Below, piece after piece: positions 50,982 through 61,059 of a stretch of 64,000 nt of DNA. The DNA is from Coprothermobacterota bacterium. Lineage in GTDB: Bacteria > Coprothermobacterota > Coprothermobacteria > Coprothermobacterales > Coprothermobacteraceae. Made by a program: the position numbers and the translations under genes. The DNA lies in assembly GCA_036679065.1 (NCBI GenBank), contig JAZIGN010000003.1, forward strand, positions 320,001 through 384,000, read 5' to 3'. The notes under the pieces were generated by a model. The model was given only the letters and a program-made list of their open reading frames with translations, had not been told where the DNA came from and ran no database searches. Positions within the stretch are counted from its first letter, which is position 1, and each line of letters opens with the position of its first letter.

Positions 50982-51800
50982 TTGAGAAAAACAAGAAAGG
51001 TTTTGGTTGTGGTTTTTGCGTTGTTTTTCTTTTGGCTTTTTGAAAATTTCAAAATTGTTGTGTCTGTAACCACCATAAGCAGTCCGAAAATTAGGAGCAC
51101 GGTCACCATTGTACAGATCTCGGACCTTCACGGATACAGTTTTGGTTTAGATAACAACTATTTGTTGCGAGCTATTGAAAAGCAGCAGCCAGACATTGTA
51201 GCTGTAACTGGTGACTTGTTTAACCGTGGAGACAACAGAGGAAAGGCAAAGGCACTCAACTTGATAAAGGTGTTGTCTGAAGAATACCCTGTGTACTATG
51301 TGCGCGGCGAACACGAAGGATCATCCAGCGTAGACGATATCGGCGATGCAGGTGCTACAGTGCTTGAATATGAAAGGGTAGATGTAAAGGTAGGCGAAAC
51401 TCCTATAAGTATCTATGGTTGCCCTACTACGGGTTATTATTCCTCAGCAGACAATGTGCTGGAAGCAATTAAGGTTGAAGATAACAATAATTACAACATT
51501 CTTTTGGCCCATATCTTCTATGAAGAGGTGTTCGATAAGTGGAAAGGCGATCTTATACTTTCTGGAGACACCCATGGCGGTAGTATTAGATTGCCCTTCC
51601 TTGGACCTTTGAAATACAATGGCATAACACTTCCAAAATTGTCTTACAACGGACCTGTGTACGATAAAGGTTTGTTCAATCTGGGAGATAAGTATCTCTA
51701 CGTTTCACCGGGACTGGGTAATTTTCCTTTACCGTTAAGACTTTTTAATCACCCTGAGCTAACTGTTATCAAACTAGTTAGCAGTACTCAAGGAAATTAA
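50982..51800 (+). CDS. Metallophosphoesterase (YkuE-like)
   Basis: SDLH, TGDL, THGG, PLRLFNHPE. Confidence 0.85.
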   Translation: MRKTRKVLVVVFALFFFWLFENFKIVVSVTTISSPKIRSTVTIVQISDLHGYSFGLDNNYLLRAIEKQQPDIVAVTGDLFNRGDNRGKAKALNLIKVLSEEYPVYYVRGEHEGSSSVDDIGDAGATVLEYERVDVKVGETPISIYGCPTTGYYSSADNVLEAIKVEDNNNYNILLAHIFYEEVFDKWKGDLILSGDTHGGSIRLPFLGPLKYNGITLPKLSYNGPVYDKGLFNLGDKYLYVSPGLGNFPLPLRLFNHPELTVIKLVSSTQGN

Positions 51801-52248
51801 GCTTTCCGAGAGTATAAGGGTGAACCAAAGTCAGACATGACCAAAGAAGTAGCACGTGCCAAACTTGCCTTTATGACTAGTAGCCCAGCGCACTTTGCTT
51901 CTTTAAAGACAATAGATTGATGTTTGAAGAAGCTGAGAGGTTGCCAATAGAATAACTTCAACCGAGATTGGGAAATGTGCTTTGGCTTCTGCTCTCCTCC
52001 GGTATCTTTATTGCATTAGTGGTTTTAAGTTCCCTGTTCACAGCTACTTTCAGCGCTTTCCGTTATGTTGCCGCCATTGGCTCATCGCAATAGCCATTTA
52101 TGAGATCATGAAGTACTTTTTAGCGACTCAACTGGCAAGCACTGAGCATGTCCTGAATAGGTCTGAGGCAAACCGCTTCATCAGCGCGCACTATCTGACA
52201 GTCTGGACTGTTGAGCCTCAGGAAACCACGATGAATGTTATCAGAATG

Positions 52249-52277
52249 TTGACAGCCGTAGGCTCTTACGATAAACT
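52249..52277 (+). promoter_or_regulatory. sigma70 promoter of the ars-like operon
   Basis: TTGACA-17bp-TAAACT. Confidence 0.6.
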
Positions 52278-52326
52278 GGAATCATGTTTGTTATATTGAC
52301 GGTTATCTATGTGAGGTGGTTCAACT

Positions 52327-52644
52327 ACGGAACATTACGATGAATACCTTAAAGTCTTTAGGGCACTTTCAGACAGGACACGTCTAGAAATATTGAGCTT
52401 GTTGAATGATGGAGAAAAGTGTGCGTGCAAACTACTTGAAAAGCTCTCTATTAGCCAACCCACCTTGTCTCATCATATGAAAATCCTTTGTGACTCCGGT
52501 TTGGTGAAAAGCAGAAACGAGGGAAAGTGGGTCCACTATTCCATCGACTCTGCTGGCTTCGCCTTAGCTCAACAATTCTTGGGGCAATTGAGCCGCTTTA
52601 ACATAGCGGATCCAGTGTGTTGTTCCAAAAGCTCAATTGCTTAG
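52327..52644 (+). CDS. arsR: ArsR/SmtB repressor (ACG at the expected start)
   Basis: VFRALSDRTRLEIL, EKCACKL, SQPTLSHHMKIL. Confidence 0.8.
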   Translation, partial: TEHYDEYLKVFRALSDRTRLEILSLLNDGEKCACKLLEKLSISQPTLSHHMKILCDSGLVKSRNEGKWVHYSIDSAGFALAQQFLGQLSRFNIADPVCCSKSSIA

Positions 52645-52655
52645 GAGAATAAGGG

Positions 52656-53678
52656 TTGATCGCTGTGCAGGTATTGGCGGCCGTCTGGTCATTTATTCAG
52701 AATCAAATACTCGGCATGAAATGGCTCAGCAGTGTTGTCTATAGCGTTCTTAACGCCCTGGGTCTAGACATGAATACAAGGGTTGGTGGCGTGATTCATT
52801 TTTTCGTTTATGATCTCGCGAAAATCTTTCTGCTTTTATCAGTCCTTATCTTTGTAATATCCTATGTCCAAAGCTATTTCCCACCGGAAAGGACGAAGAA
52901 AATTGTCGGACGTTCCCACGGAATATGGGCTAACATACTTGCGGCTCTACTTGGTACTGTTACGCCTTTTTGTTCTTGTTCCTCTATACCGCTTTTCATT
53001 GGATTCACTAACGCAGGCCTTCCCGTTGGAGTTACTTTTTCTTTTCTCATTTCGTCACCTTTGGTGGATCTCGGATCTTTGGTGTTGCTAATGAGCATTT
53101 TCGGCTTAAGAGTGGCGGTAATGTATGTGGTTATTGGCGTTCTTCTTGCTGTGGTAGGCGGGACTCTTATCGAGGCTTTTGGTATGGATAAGCACGTTTA
53201 CTCGTTTGTAAAAGATACCAAAGCAGCGGACATTGATTCTCCAAGCTTAACCGTGGCTGATCGCCTTATCTTCGCACGAGATCAGGTAAGGGACATTGTG
53301 CACCGCGTGGGCCGTTACGTTGTACTCGGTGTAGCTATCGGTGCTGTTATCCATAACGTTATTCCTGCTACTTGGATATCTTCTATCCTCGGTCGTAAGA
53401 ACAATGGAGCTGTGATTCTTGCAACTCTTGTGGGTGTGCCCATTTACGGAGATATCTTTGGTTCCATTCCTGTAGCTGAGAGCCTCTTTGCAAAAGGCGC
53501 AGGTTTGGGCACGGTATTGTCTTTCATGATGGCGGTGACGGCACTTAGTTTACCTTCTATGGTTATGCTAAGCAAGGTTGTAAAACTCAAATTGCTGGTT
53601 TTATTCATCGCCATAGTAAGCGGTGGCATCATGGTTGTAGGCTACATTTTTAATGCGCTCCAAGCGGTGTTGATTTGA
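52656..53678 (+). CDS. ArsP/DUF318 permease
   Basis: TPFCSCSSIP, FLISSPLVD, ALSLPS. Confidence 0.85.
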   Translation: MIAVQVLAAVWSFIQNQILGMKWLSSVVYSVLNALGLDMNTRVGGVIHFFVYDLAKIFLLLSVLIFVISYVQSYFPPERTKKIVGRSHGIWANILAALLGTVTPFCSCSSIPLFIGFTNAGLPVGVTFSFLISSPLVDLGSLVLLMSIFGLRVAVMYVVIGVLLAVVGGTLIEAFGMDKHVYSFVKDTKAADIDSPSLTVADRLIFARDQVRDIVHRVGRYVVLGVAIGAVIHNVIPATWISSILGRKNNGAVILATLVGVPIYGDIFGSIPVAESLFAKGAGLGTVLSFMMAVTALSLPSMVMLSKVVKLKLLVLFIAIVSGGIMVVGYIFNALQAVLI

Positions 53679-53722
53679 CATATTGTTCGAAAACATTTCA
53701 GAACGAAAGGGGAGTGTAAACT

Positions 53723-54082
53723 GTGGAGATGCATCAAGAGAAACCAGAGGATCAAACGAGCAGCTTCAGTGAAGGAACTCCAAATTTAAATCACGAGCAG
53801 GAGAATTGTGTTCGTAACGATTCAAATCCGGTCGTTCTGTCTGTTAAGGTGTTAGGTCCGGGATGTGCGCGATGCAAAGCGCTGGAGGCCAATACCAAGT
53901 CGGCTTTGGACAAGCTGGGCCTCAAAGCAGATTTTAACCATGTTACAGATTTTTCTCAAATTGCAGCTTATGGAATCATGAGCACTCCGGCTCTTGTTAT
54001 CAATGAAAAGGTTGTTTCCTTCGGAAGAGTTTTGAGTGCTGAAGAGGTCGTAAAGATATTGAGGTCTGAGCTACAACTTTAG
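53723..54082 (+). CDS. Small thioredoxin-like protein (MTH895/Thioredoxin_3)
   Basis: VKVLGPGCARC, YGIMSTPALVINEKV. Confidence 0.85.
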   Translation: MEMHQEKPEDQTSSFSEGTPNLNHEQENCVRNDSNPVVLSVKVLGPGCARCKALEANTKSALDKLGLKADFNHVTDFSQIAAYGIMSTPALVINEKVVSFGRVLSAEEVVKILRSELQL

Positions 54083-54358
54083 ATGTACTTTAATCTATTT
54101 CTCTGACAGAAGGGCGCTTTGCAAAAAACTTGTCGCTGTGAGTTGCTATGTAAGCGACTGCATATGACACGATTGCATATCTTGTCGGGGGTAGGTATGA
54201 GATATGTGTTTATGTCAATTCGGGTTAGTTGAATGACATGCTACTGCGAAGAAATTAACTTTAAAGCTTAAAATGGGGACAATAATGTTGATAATTTGTA
54301 GGAAAAAAGGAATGCTGAATGGGAACTTTGCAGAACTTGATATGCAGTTTTAACATCT

Positions 54359-55414
54359 TTATCCTACGATGTATTTGCCCCAAGGAGTAGCTTCCAGCCA
54401 TTTGGTTATTATGTAGGACAACGAATAGATGATGAAAAAGACGAGTATGTCGTAAAGTATGGCGTTTGCCGTGGCGTAGATGCGATTCATGATGAACAAA
54501 AACAGTGGATGCATGAGAAATATACCGAAGGAGAGCTGTCCAGCTCTTTCAAAAAACCTGATGTTGACTTTCTTAGATACGTATAGAAGCAACAAAGGTG
54601 TGGACGAAACATATATGTACCACCAAAGGTTAACTATGCCTGATGAAACGAGCTGACCTATATTTGAAAGATGATAGCAATAGGTATATAAAACACCTGA
54701 AACCAGGGCAACGGGCAGAAATATGGTAACGTGTCTCTCTCTTTTGCAGTATTCCTCGTAATTTTCACCAATCCAGACGCCTACGAGTATAACCGCTAAG
54801 TACCAGATCATCAGGCGTGTACCTCTGGGGAAGTAATGTATGATGTAGAACTCGTATAAGTAATAACAAGCTACCTGAACTCCTATGGAAATCAGGAGAA
54901 TCTGTCGGAACCTTATGTTTAAGTGTGACACTACGTACGTTATGAAAGGCAACAATATGTACACTTGCAGTATAACGATAACGAAATAAAGGTGGTAATA
55001 CCCATCACCCCTAACAAGGAGGTTAAAATAGTTTCCCAAGTTAACTGCTACTGTCCCGTTTGATTCAATGTGCTTCACGACAAGGTATACCAGCGTCCAT
55101 ATCAGATAAGGCGGAATGACGCGCACGAAGCGTTTTCTATAAAAGGTTTTTAGTTTTTCGGTGGTCATACTTCGAAAGCCGTCCCCATGGATATATGAAA
55201 GAAGCACGGAGCTTGCGAAAATGAAGGTGGGGACAGCAAACTGCGAAAGCCTGTTTAGGATAAGATAAACAAAATAAGAAGTTGAGGTGGGGTCAAAGGT
55301 ACCCACGCCATGGCTTGTAACATGTATGAGTACTACCGCTGTAATACTAAGCCCTTTTAAAACATCAAATTCCCTAAGTCTTTTCATTGGCCCAAACCTA
55401 TTCAATTGTAACAA
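54359..55414 (-). CDS. Acyltransferase family 3 membrane protein
   Basis: DVLKGLSITAVVLIH, FAVPTF, RFVRVIPPYLIW, YHLYF. Confidence 0.85.
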   Translation of the reverse strand: MLQLNRFGPMKRLREFDVLKGLSITAVVLIHVTSHGVGTFDPTSTSYFVYLILNRLSQFAVPTFIFASSVLLSYIHGDGFRSMTTEKLKTFYRKRFVRVIPPYLIWTLVYLVVKHIESNGTVAVNLGNYFNLLVRGDGYYHLYFVIVILQVYILLPFITYVVSHLNIRFRQILLISIGVQVACYYLYEFYIIHYFPRGTRLMIWYLAVILVGVWIGENYEEYCKRERHVTIFLPVALVSGVLYTYCYHLSNIGQLVSSGIVNLWWYIYVSSTPLLLLYVSKKVNIRFFERAGQLSFGIFLMHPLFLFIMNRIYATANAILYDILVFFIIYSLSYIITKWLEATPWGKYIVG

Positions 55415-55927
55415 CAGTTTTGTAATGACTTATGGGTAAGCTTAAAACCTAGGTAGATGCTACTTATTTGGTCTATGCAGAGGGACTTTACTTCTCCTGA
55501 GTAGGCTTAAAGGGCTACGAAATTCCGTTGCTGTGCAGGTTGTCTGGTTGCCCAGCACCCAAAGTTCTTCACGGTGACATCCATTTTTACACTAAAAATC
55601 TAGCAGGTGGCGATGTTTGCCGTTGCTCCCTTTAGGTTTCTTGCGTTTGTCTATGGAATGTCGATGATCGGTAAAACACGCTCTCAGAACAGAAAACATT
55701 CCAGGTGTTAAGCTACGGTTCTTCGCCTTTATCCACTGCTAGTTAATACTATGCGCTCCTTCGTTACGAAACGGGTCATGTAAGCGCCTGAGGCAAGTAC
55801 AGCAGCGATAATGACTAAATACAAAATCAGGATTTGTTGGTATGTAGCTCATTGGATAGTACTCTTTCTTCCTAATACTCTCTATGCTCAAATACTAGTC
55901 AAACATATACGGGTATTGTAGAGAAAC

Positions 55928-56401
55928 GTTAGGCAGAATGATTTTGTATTCAACATGACTATAAAGGAGAACATTTTGTTAGATGATGAATTTACAGAAG
56001 AAGAATTCTTTGACGCGGTACGGAAGTCAAAGGTGGACAAGTTCGTTTACTTATTAGAGAACGGATACGATACGGTAGTCGGGGAAAGAGGTGGAAAGCT
56101 GTCTGATGGGCAAAGGCAAAGAATTGCCATAGCGAGAGCCGTAATAAGGAAGCCAAAGATTTTGGTGCTTGATGAAGCAACATCGGGAGTGGATTCACAA
56201 ACAGAAGAAGAGATATTTGATGAACTAAAAGAGGAAGACATGACCTTAATAATCATTTCTCACAGGCTTTCCACTATAAGAAAAGCGGATAGAGTGCTAG
56301 TACTTAATGAAGGACGCGTGGTAGAAGAAGGAACACATGAGGAACTCATGGCTAGCTCTTGCGTCTACAAAGACATTATTGAAAGCCAATTAGTCGTGTA
56401 A
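55928..56401 (+). pseudogene. ABC exporter ATPase C-terminal fragment
   Basis: LSDGQRQR, LDEATS, SHRL; no Walker A or TM domain. Confidence 0.8.
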
Positions 56402-56406
56402 AAGGC

Positions 56407-56434
56407 AAGGGGCCACTTAGTAGTGGCCCCTTCT
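56407..56434. terminator. Hairpin between convergent genes
   Basis: AAGGGGCCACT/AGTGGCCCCTT. Confidence 0.7.
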
Positions 56435-56455
56435 AGTTTCTTAGGGCAGGTTTCT

Positions 56456-58342
56456 TTATATGGGTGCTCCGAAAACTTCTGCTTCTTCCACAAGTCCAAG
56501 CCTCTTTAGGTGCATTTTCGTAGGGACACCTTCTTTAGACCAGCCTCTTGCCATGTAATACTGATCCAGCATGTCCTGAAGTTCTTCTTCAGAAACATAG
56601 CTCCCCTTGGTTACACCGTTGGATATGGGTTCATGGGTAACGCGATATGGTAGATAATCGTCCTTTCTTGTAAAACCTTCTCGTATGTTGAAAAGCCTCT
56701 GCAGGTTGTAAATTCTTTCACCTATGGCCATGAGTTGTTCAATCGTAAACCTTATGCCTGTTACTGCTTCTATTGCATCAACAACATCTTCCTCCAACCA
56801 GAAAAGGCTACGTGAGAATTTGCATAAACCAAGGACATCGTATACGGTCATGAAATCTTCACCGGTCTTTACTTCGTAGCCTTTCCATTCTGAAGAGAGC
56901 CTGTCAATGTTGCTAAATTCCCAGAAAGAACCTGTAAGCTCGGGAGCATAAATTCCACCTGTGAGATGGCAAGCACCTCTGACCGAAACTGCTAAGGCCA
57001 ACGCCATGCCTTTGAGGCCTCTAACATCGTATGCAGGTGGTTCTAAACCTTTAACTTCCAAAGCAAATTTCTCAGAACCTTTACCAAGCTTACGAGAAGC
57101 TTCTTTGACACCATTGGATAGAAGTTCTCCCAATTTTCCTTCTCGATTAGCGAGTTTTTCCATGGCTGCTACGGCAGCATCACTGTTTCCGAATCTTAAG
57201 TCAAGGCCGTCGGTGTCTTCCTTTGTGAGCAGACCTCTTTCATAGGCTTCCATGGCCCATGCAAGAGTGACTCCAGCGGAAATACCATCGAGACCTGCCC
57301 TATCGCAGATGCTATTGAGTTTTGCTGTCACTTCTATGTCATCTATGCCCAGTGCACCACCTAAGGAATAGAGAAGCTCGTACTCCACTCCTTCGACCCG
57401 GAGTGGTGCATATTTGCCTTCTTTAAAGACAATATGTCTACCACAGGGTTTATTGCAGTTAGGACAAGGATGGTGCTTTTCTGTGTATAGAGGAGCCCAG
57501 TAATATGGATCTAAGGGTGACTTGCCATCAGGGTGAGCGTTAAAGCTGTCTTCAAAGTAGCTCTGTTGCCAATTTTTAACAGGGAAAACACCCATTATTT
57601 TGTTCACCCATTCGTAGAATTCACCAGACCCATATTTCATATCAAGCTCCTGTACGGGGCTGCCGACTATTTTTTGGTTCCATTTCTTTATGGTTTCTCG
57701 CAAAGCTTCCACGTTGGCATAGGGAATGTTCTTAGTTCCTCTCACAGCTATGGCTTTTAGCATTTTGCTGCCCATCACAGCTCCGCCACCAGCTCTGCCT
57801 GCTTGCCGTTCTTCAAAATCAACGCCGGAAATCTTAGAAAGTTTCTCGCCAGCATAACCAATAGCGCCAGTTCTTACGTTTCCAAGTTCTGCCTTTAAAA
57901 GCTCTTGTGTTTCTATGGCGTCTTTTCCCCAAAGATGGGAAGCATCTCTTATTTCAACGTGGTCGTCGTCAATAAACAAGTAGACAGGTTTGTCGCTTTT
58001 CCCTTTTATGACTAATGCATCGTAGCCGGCTTTCTTAAGCTCGACTCCCAAGTATGCACCCGCTACGCTTCTCCCAAAACCGTTAGTGAGAGGTGACTTA
58101 AAGGTAAGAGTGGTTTTAGAAGCAGTGGGAAGACCGCTGCCAACCAACAGTCCTGGTGCTATGACAAGAACATTTTCCTCTGAAAGAGCATCTATTTGAG
58201 GTCTGGTTTGGTCAAAAAGCAAACGTGTTGCTAGGCCCAAACCCCCAAGATAATCGTACATTGTTTTGTCTTCGATAGGTCGCACTTCCACTGTTTTGGA
58301 GGAAAGATCGACCTCAAGTACCTTACCCAATGTGCCTTTCAC
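56456..58342 (-). CDS. aor: Tungsten aldehyde:ferredoxin oxidoreductase family
   Basis: KSPLT, GAVMGSKMLKAI, CPNCNKPC, EYE, RGACHL. Confidence 0.9.
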   Translation of the reverse strand: MKGTLGKVLEVDLSSKTVEVRPIEDKTMYDYLGGLGLATRLLFDQTRPQIDALSEENVLVIAPGLLVGSGLPTASKTTLTFKSPLTNGFGRSVAGAYLGVELKKAGYDALVIKGKSDKPVYLFIDDDHVEIRDASHLWGKDAIETQELLKAELGNVRTGAIGYAGEKLSKISGVDFEERQAGRAGGGAVMGSKMLKAIAVRGTKNIPYANVEALRETIKKWNQKIVGSPVQELDMKYGSGEFYEWVNKIMGVFPVKNWQQSYFEDSFNAHPDGKSPLDPYYWAPLYTEKHHPCPNCNKPCGRHIVFKEGKYAPLRVEGVEYELLYSLGGALGIDDIEVTAKLNSICDRAGLDGISAGVTLAWAMEAYERGLLTKEDTDGLDLRFGNSDAAVAAMEKLANREGKLGELLSNGVKEASRKLGKGSEKFALEVKGLEPPAYDVRGLKGMALALAVSVRGACHLTGGIYAPELTGSFWEFSNIDRLSSEWKGYEVKTGEDFMTVYDVLGLCKFSRSLFWLEEDVVDAIEAVTGIRFTIEQLMAIGERIYNLQRLFNIREGFTRKDDYLPYRVTHEPISNGVTKGSYVSEEELQDMLDQYYMARGWSKEGVPTKMHLKRLGLVEEAEVFGAPI

Positions 58343-58569
58343 AGTTACCTACCTCCCTATGACTTGTTGCTTAAACTACTATTAAAGATAACACTTTTTA
58401 GTGCTGTTCTGTACGTTTCCTGATAGGGAGAAAACCCGGAGGGCTTTTAAGTTGTGTACAAAGCAGAAATCAAAGTCTCTTTTTTCTAATTCATGGGGGA
58501 ATTATCAAAACCTTAAAAAGAAATGGGACCCTGACATCGGGAGTCCCACTTCTTTAACATAGGAGGTGA

Positions 58570-59742
58570 TTAGACTCTCTCTACAATCAGAGCAATTCCT
58601 TGTCCGCCACCGATACAAAGAGAAACACAACCAAGTTTGGCTTGGCGATTTCGTAGCTCATAAAGTATTTTTGTGACGAGCATGGCACCCGACGCTCCAA
58701 TGGGGTGGCCCAAAGCTACCGCACCACCATTGACGTTAAGTTTTTCTTCGGGAATACTTAGCTCTCTTTGTACCACAATGGCAATGGCTGCGAAAGCTTC
58801 GTTTATTTCAAATAGATCAATATCATTAATAGAAAGAGAAGCTTTTTCTAATGCGTTTTTCACGGCAGGTATGGGTGCTATGCCGAAGAAATTGGGGTCC
58901 ACTGCGGAAACAGCGTAGGACAAAATCCTACCAAAGACCGGCAAGTTGAACTTATTAGCAACTTTTTCATTGGACAAGACCATGGCAGCTGCCCCAGAGT
59001 TCAGTGATGGTGCGTTACCTGCGGTTATGGTGCCACCTTCTTTGAAAGCCGGTCTTAGTTTCGCAAGTCTTTCTAATGTGGTATCAGGGCGCACATTTTC
59101 GTCCACCTGGAAAACGAATTCTTTTGATACCTGAATCGGGACAATTTGTGAGGAGAACTTACCTTCTTGTATGGCTTTTGCGGCTTTCATGTGACTTTCA
59201 TATGCAAATTGATCTTGTTCTTCTCTGGTCACTCCGTATTTGGGGACCAAATACTCATCGGTAATTAGACCTGAGTGCTTCCCAGTGAAGGCGTCGTTTA
59301 GTCCATCCATGAGCATGGCGTCATATAGTGTTGTGTCGCCCATACGAGCACCGTATCTTCCGTTTGAGAGGATGTAAGGCGCCTTATCCATGTTTTCCAT
59401 GCCACCTGCAAGAACGCAAGAGGCATAGCCAGATTGTATTTCCATGGCTGCCGTTATCACAGCTTGCAACCCGGAGCCGCAAACTCTATTCACCACCATG
59501 GCGGGTACCGAGTCACTTATTCCACCATAAATGGCGGCTTGTCTGGCAGCATTCATTTTTTCCCCAGCCTGGATGACGTTACCAAGTACAACGTCATCAA
59601 AAGCGTCAGGCGGTAGATGTGTTTCTTCAAGAATTGCGTTTATGACTTTGCCTGCAATCTCAGGTGCCGGTATATCTTTCAAGCTTCCTCCAAATTTGCT
59701 AATAGCTGTTCGAAGCGGCATACTTATAAAAACTTCGTTCAT
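58570..59742 (-). CDS. Acetyl-CoA C-acyltransferase (thiolase)
   Basis: VCGSG, NEAFA, GHPIGASGA, CIGGGQG. Confidence 0.95.
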   Translation of the reverse strand: MNEVFISMPLRTAISKFGGSLKDIPAPEIAGKVINAILEETHLPPDAFDDVVLGNVIQAGEKMNAARQAAIYGGISDSVPAMVVNRVCGSGLQAVITAAMEIQSGYASCVLAGGMENMDKAPYILSNGRYGARMGDTTLYDAMLMDGLNDAFTGKHSGLITDEYLVPKYGVTREEQDQFAYESHMKAAKAIQEGKFSSQIVPIQVSKEFVFQVDENVRPDTTLERLAKLRPAFKEGGTITAGNAPSLNSGAAAMVLSNEKVANKFNLPVFGRILSYAVSAVDPNFFGIAPIPAVKNALEKASLSINDIDLFEINEAFAAIAIVVQRELSIPEEKLNVNGGAVALGHPIGASGAMLVTKILYELRNRQAKLGCVSLCIGGGQGIALIVERV

Positions 59743-59760
59743 TGAGCTTTTCCTCCCTTT

Positions 59761-61059
59761 TCAGATGAAGCCAAGTTTTTCGGCTTCTGTTTTCAGGTAA
59801 TCTCGAAAGTTCGGATGCGCTGTGCGGATCATTTCCAATGTTCTTTCTCTGAGAGATTTACCTCTTAAATGTGCTACCCCGTATTCCGTGATTATGTAGT
59901 CCACATCATGTCTGGGAATGGTGACAAAGCTTCCCTGAGGTAATGTGGGAACAATGGTAGAAATGGTGTCGTTCTTTACACTGGATCTCATGGCAATAAT
60001 GGCTTTTCCACCTTCGGACATTATTGCACCGCGGTGCATGTCCAATTGGCCACCAGTACCGGTGTACTGCTGATGGCCGAATGCCTCTGAACACACTTGT
60101 CCAGTAAGATCCACACTTAACGCAGTATTTATGCTTACCATTTTTTTATTCTTGGCTACTATGTAAGGGTCGTTAACAATACGACCACGATGTATTTCAA
60201 CAGCCAGATTGTTGTCCACAAAATCGTAAAGCCGCTGTGTTCCCATGACAAATGACGCGATGCACTTGTCTTTCCATAAAGACTTCTGGGAGTTTGTGAT
60301 GACTCCAGCTTCAATAAGATCAACTATGCCTTCTGTCATCAACTCGGTGTGGACCCCAAGCTCCTTCTTATCGGTTAAGAACTGGGCAATGGCGTTAGGT
60401 ATTCCTCCAATACCAAGCTGAATGGTGGAGCCATTTTCTATGAGATCTGCTATGAATTCACCAATCTTTTTCTCTACTTCACTAGCTTCAGCCGAAGGGA
60501 CTTCGATGAGTGGAGCATTGTACTCATAAAGAAAGTCCACGTCGTTTATGTGAACAACAGTATCCCCATGAGTTCTGGGTAGGTTTTCATTGATTTCTAA
60601 TATGACCATGTCTGCATGTTCTAAGATATCTTTTTCGTAGACATTGCCCAGGGCCAAGGACATGCAGCCTTTGTTGTCCATGGGGGTGGCAGAACCACAA
60701 TAAATGTTCACTCTTCTAGCTTGCATTAGGTCAGTTGCAGCCATGTGCAGGTTATTGGGAATGTAAGTGGCCTTGCCTTCTTTAAACAGAGCTCTCTCAT
60801 AATTTCCCAGATACCATGTCTCTGACCTAAAGGGTGAATGTTCTTTGTCAACGTGCTTGTAGTATTCATACTCCATGAGCAGGAGGCAGGAAACTACTGT
60901 TACATCTTGAACCGAGTCTTTTATGAGGTGTAAGTTAGATAGTAGCCCAACTGGTTCTGCGGCTGCCATCCCCACAACCAGGGAGTCACCTGATTCTATC
61001 TTGGAAAGAACCCCTTCTATGTCCAATAATTTTTGGTTATAGATTTCTTTGTAATTCAT
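59761..61059 (-). CDS. Acetyl-CoA hydrolase/4-hydroxybutyrate CoA-transferase family
   Basis: QLGIGGIP, HTE, GTGGQLD, TEYGVAHLRGKS. Confidence 0.9.
   Translation of the reverse strand: MNYKEIYNQKLLDIEGVLSKIESGDSLVVGMAAAEPVGLLSNLHLIKDSVQDVTVVSCLLLMEYEYYKHVDKEHSPFRSETWYLGNYERALFKEGKATYIPNNLHMAATDLMQARRVNIYCGSATPMDNKGCMSLALGNVYEKDILEHADMVILEINENLPRTHGDTVVHINDVDFLYEYNAPLIEVPSAEASEVEKKIGEFIADLIENGSTIQLGIGGIPNAIAQFLTDKKELGVHTELMTEGIVDLIEAGVITNSQKSLWKDKCIASFVMGTQRLYDFVDNNLAVEIHRGRIVNDPYIVAKNKKMVSINTALSVDLTGQVCSEAFGHQQYTGTGGQLDMHRGAIMSEGGKAIIAMRSSVKNDTISTIVPTLPQGSFVTIPRHDVDYIITEYGVAHLRGKSLRERTLEMIRTAHPNFRDYLKTEAEKLGFI

Noticed and set aside
51810..52245. 105-aa ORF or IS remnant upstream of arsR
   Set aside because: No RBS, transposase motif or inverted repeats recognised.
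55420..55920. Non-coding stretch before the ABC fragment
   Set aside because: No interpretable ORF, repeat or RNA motif.
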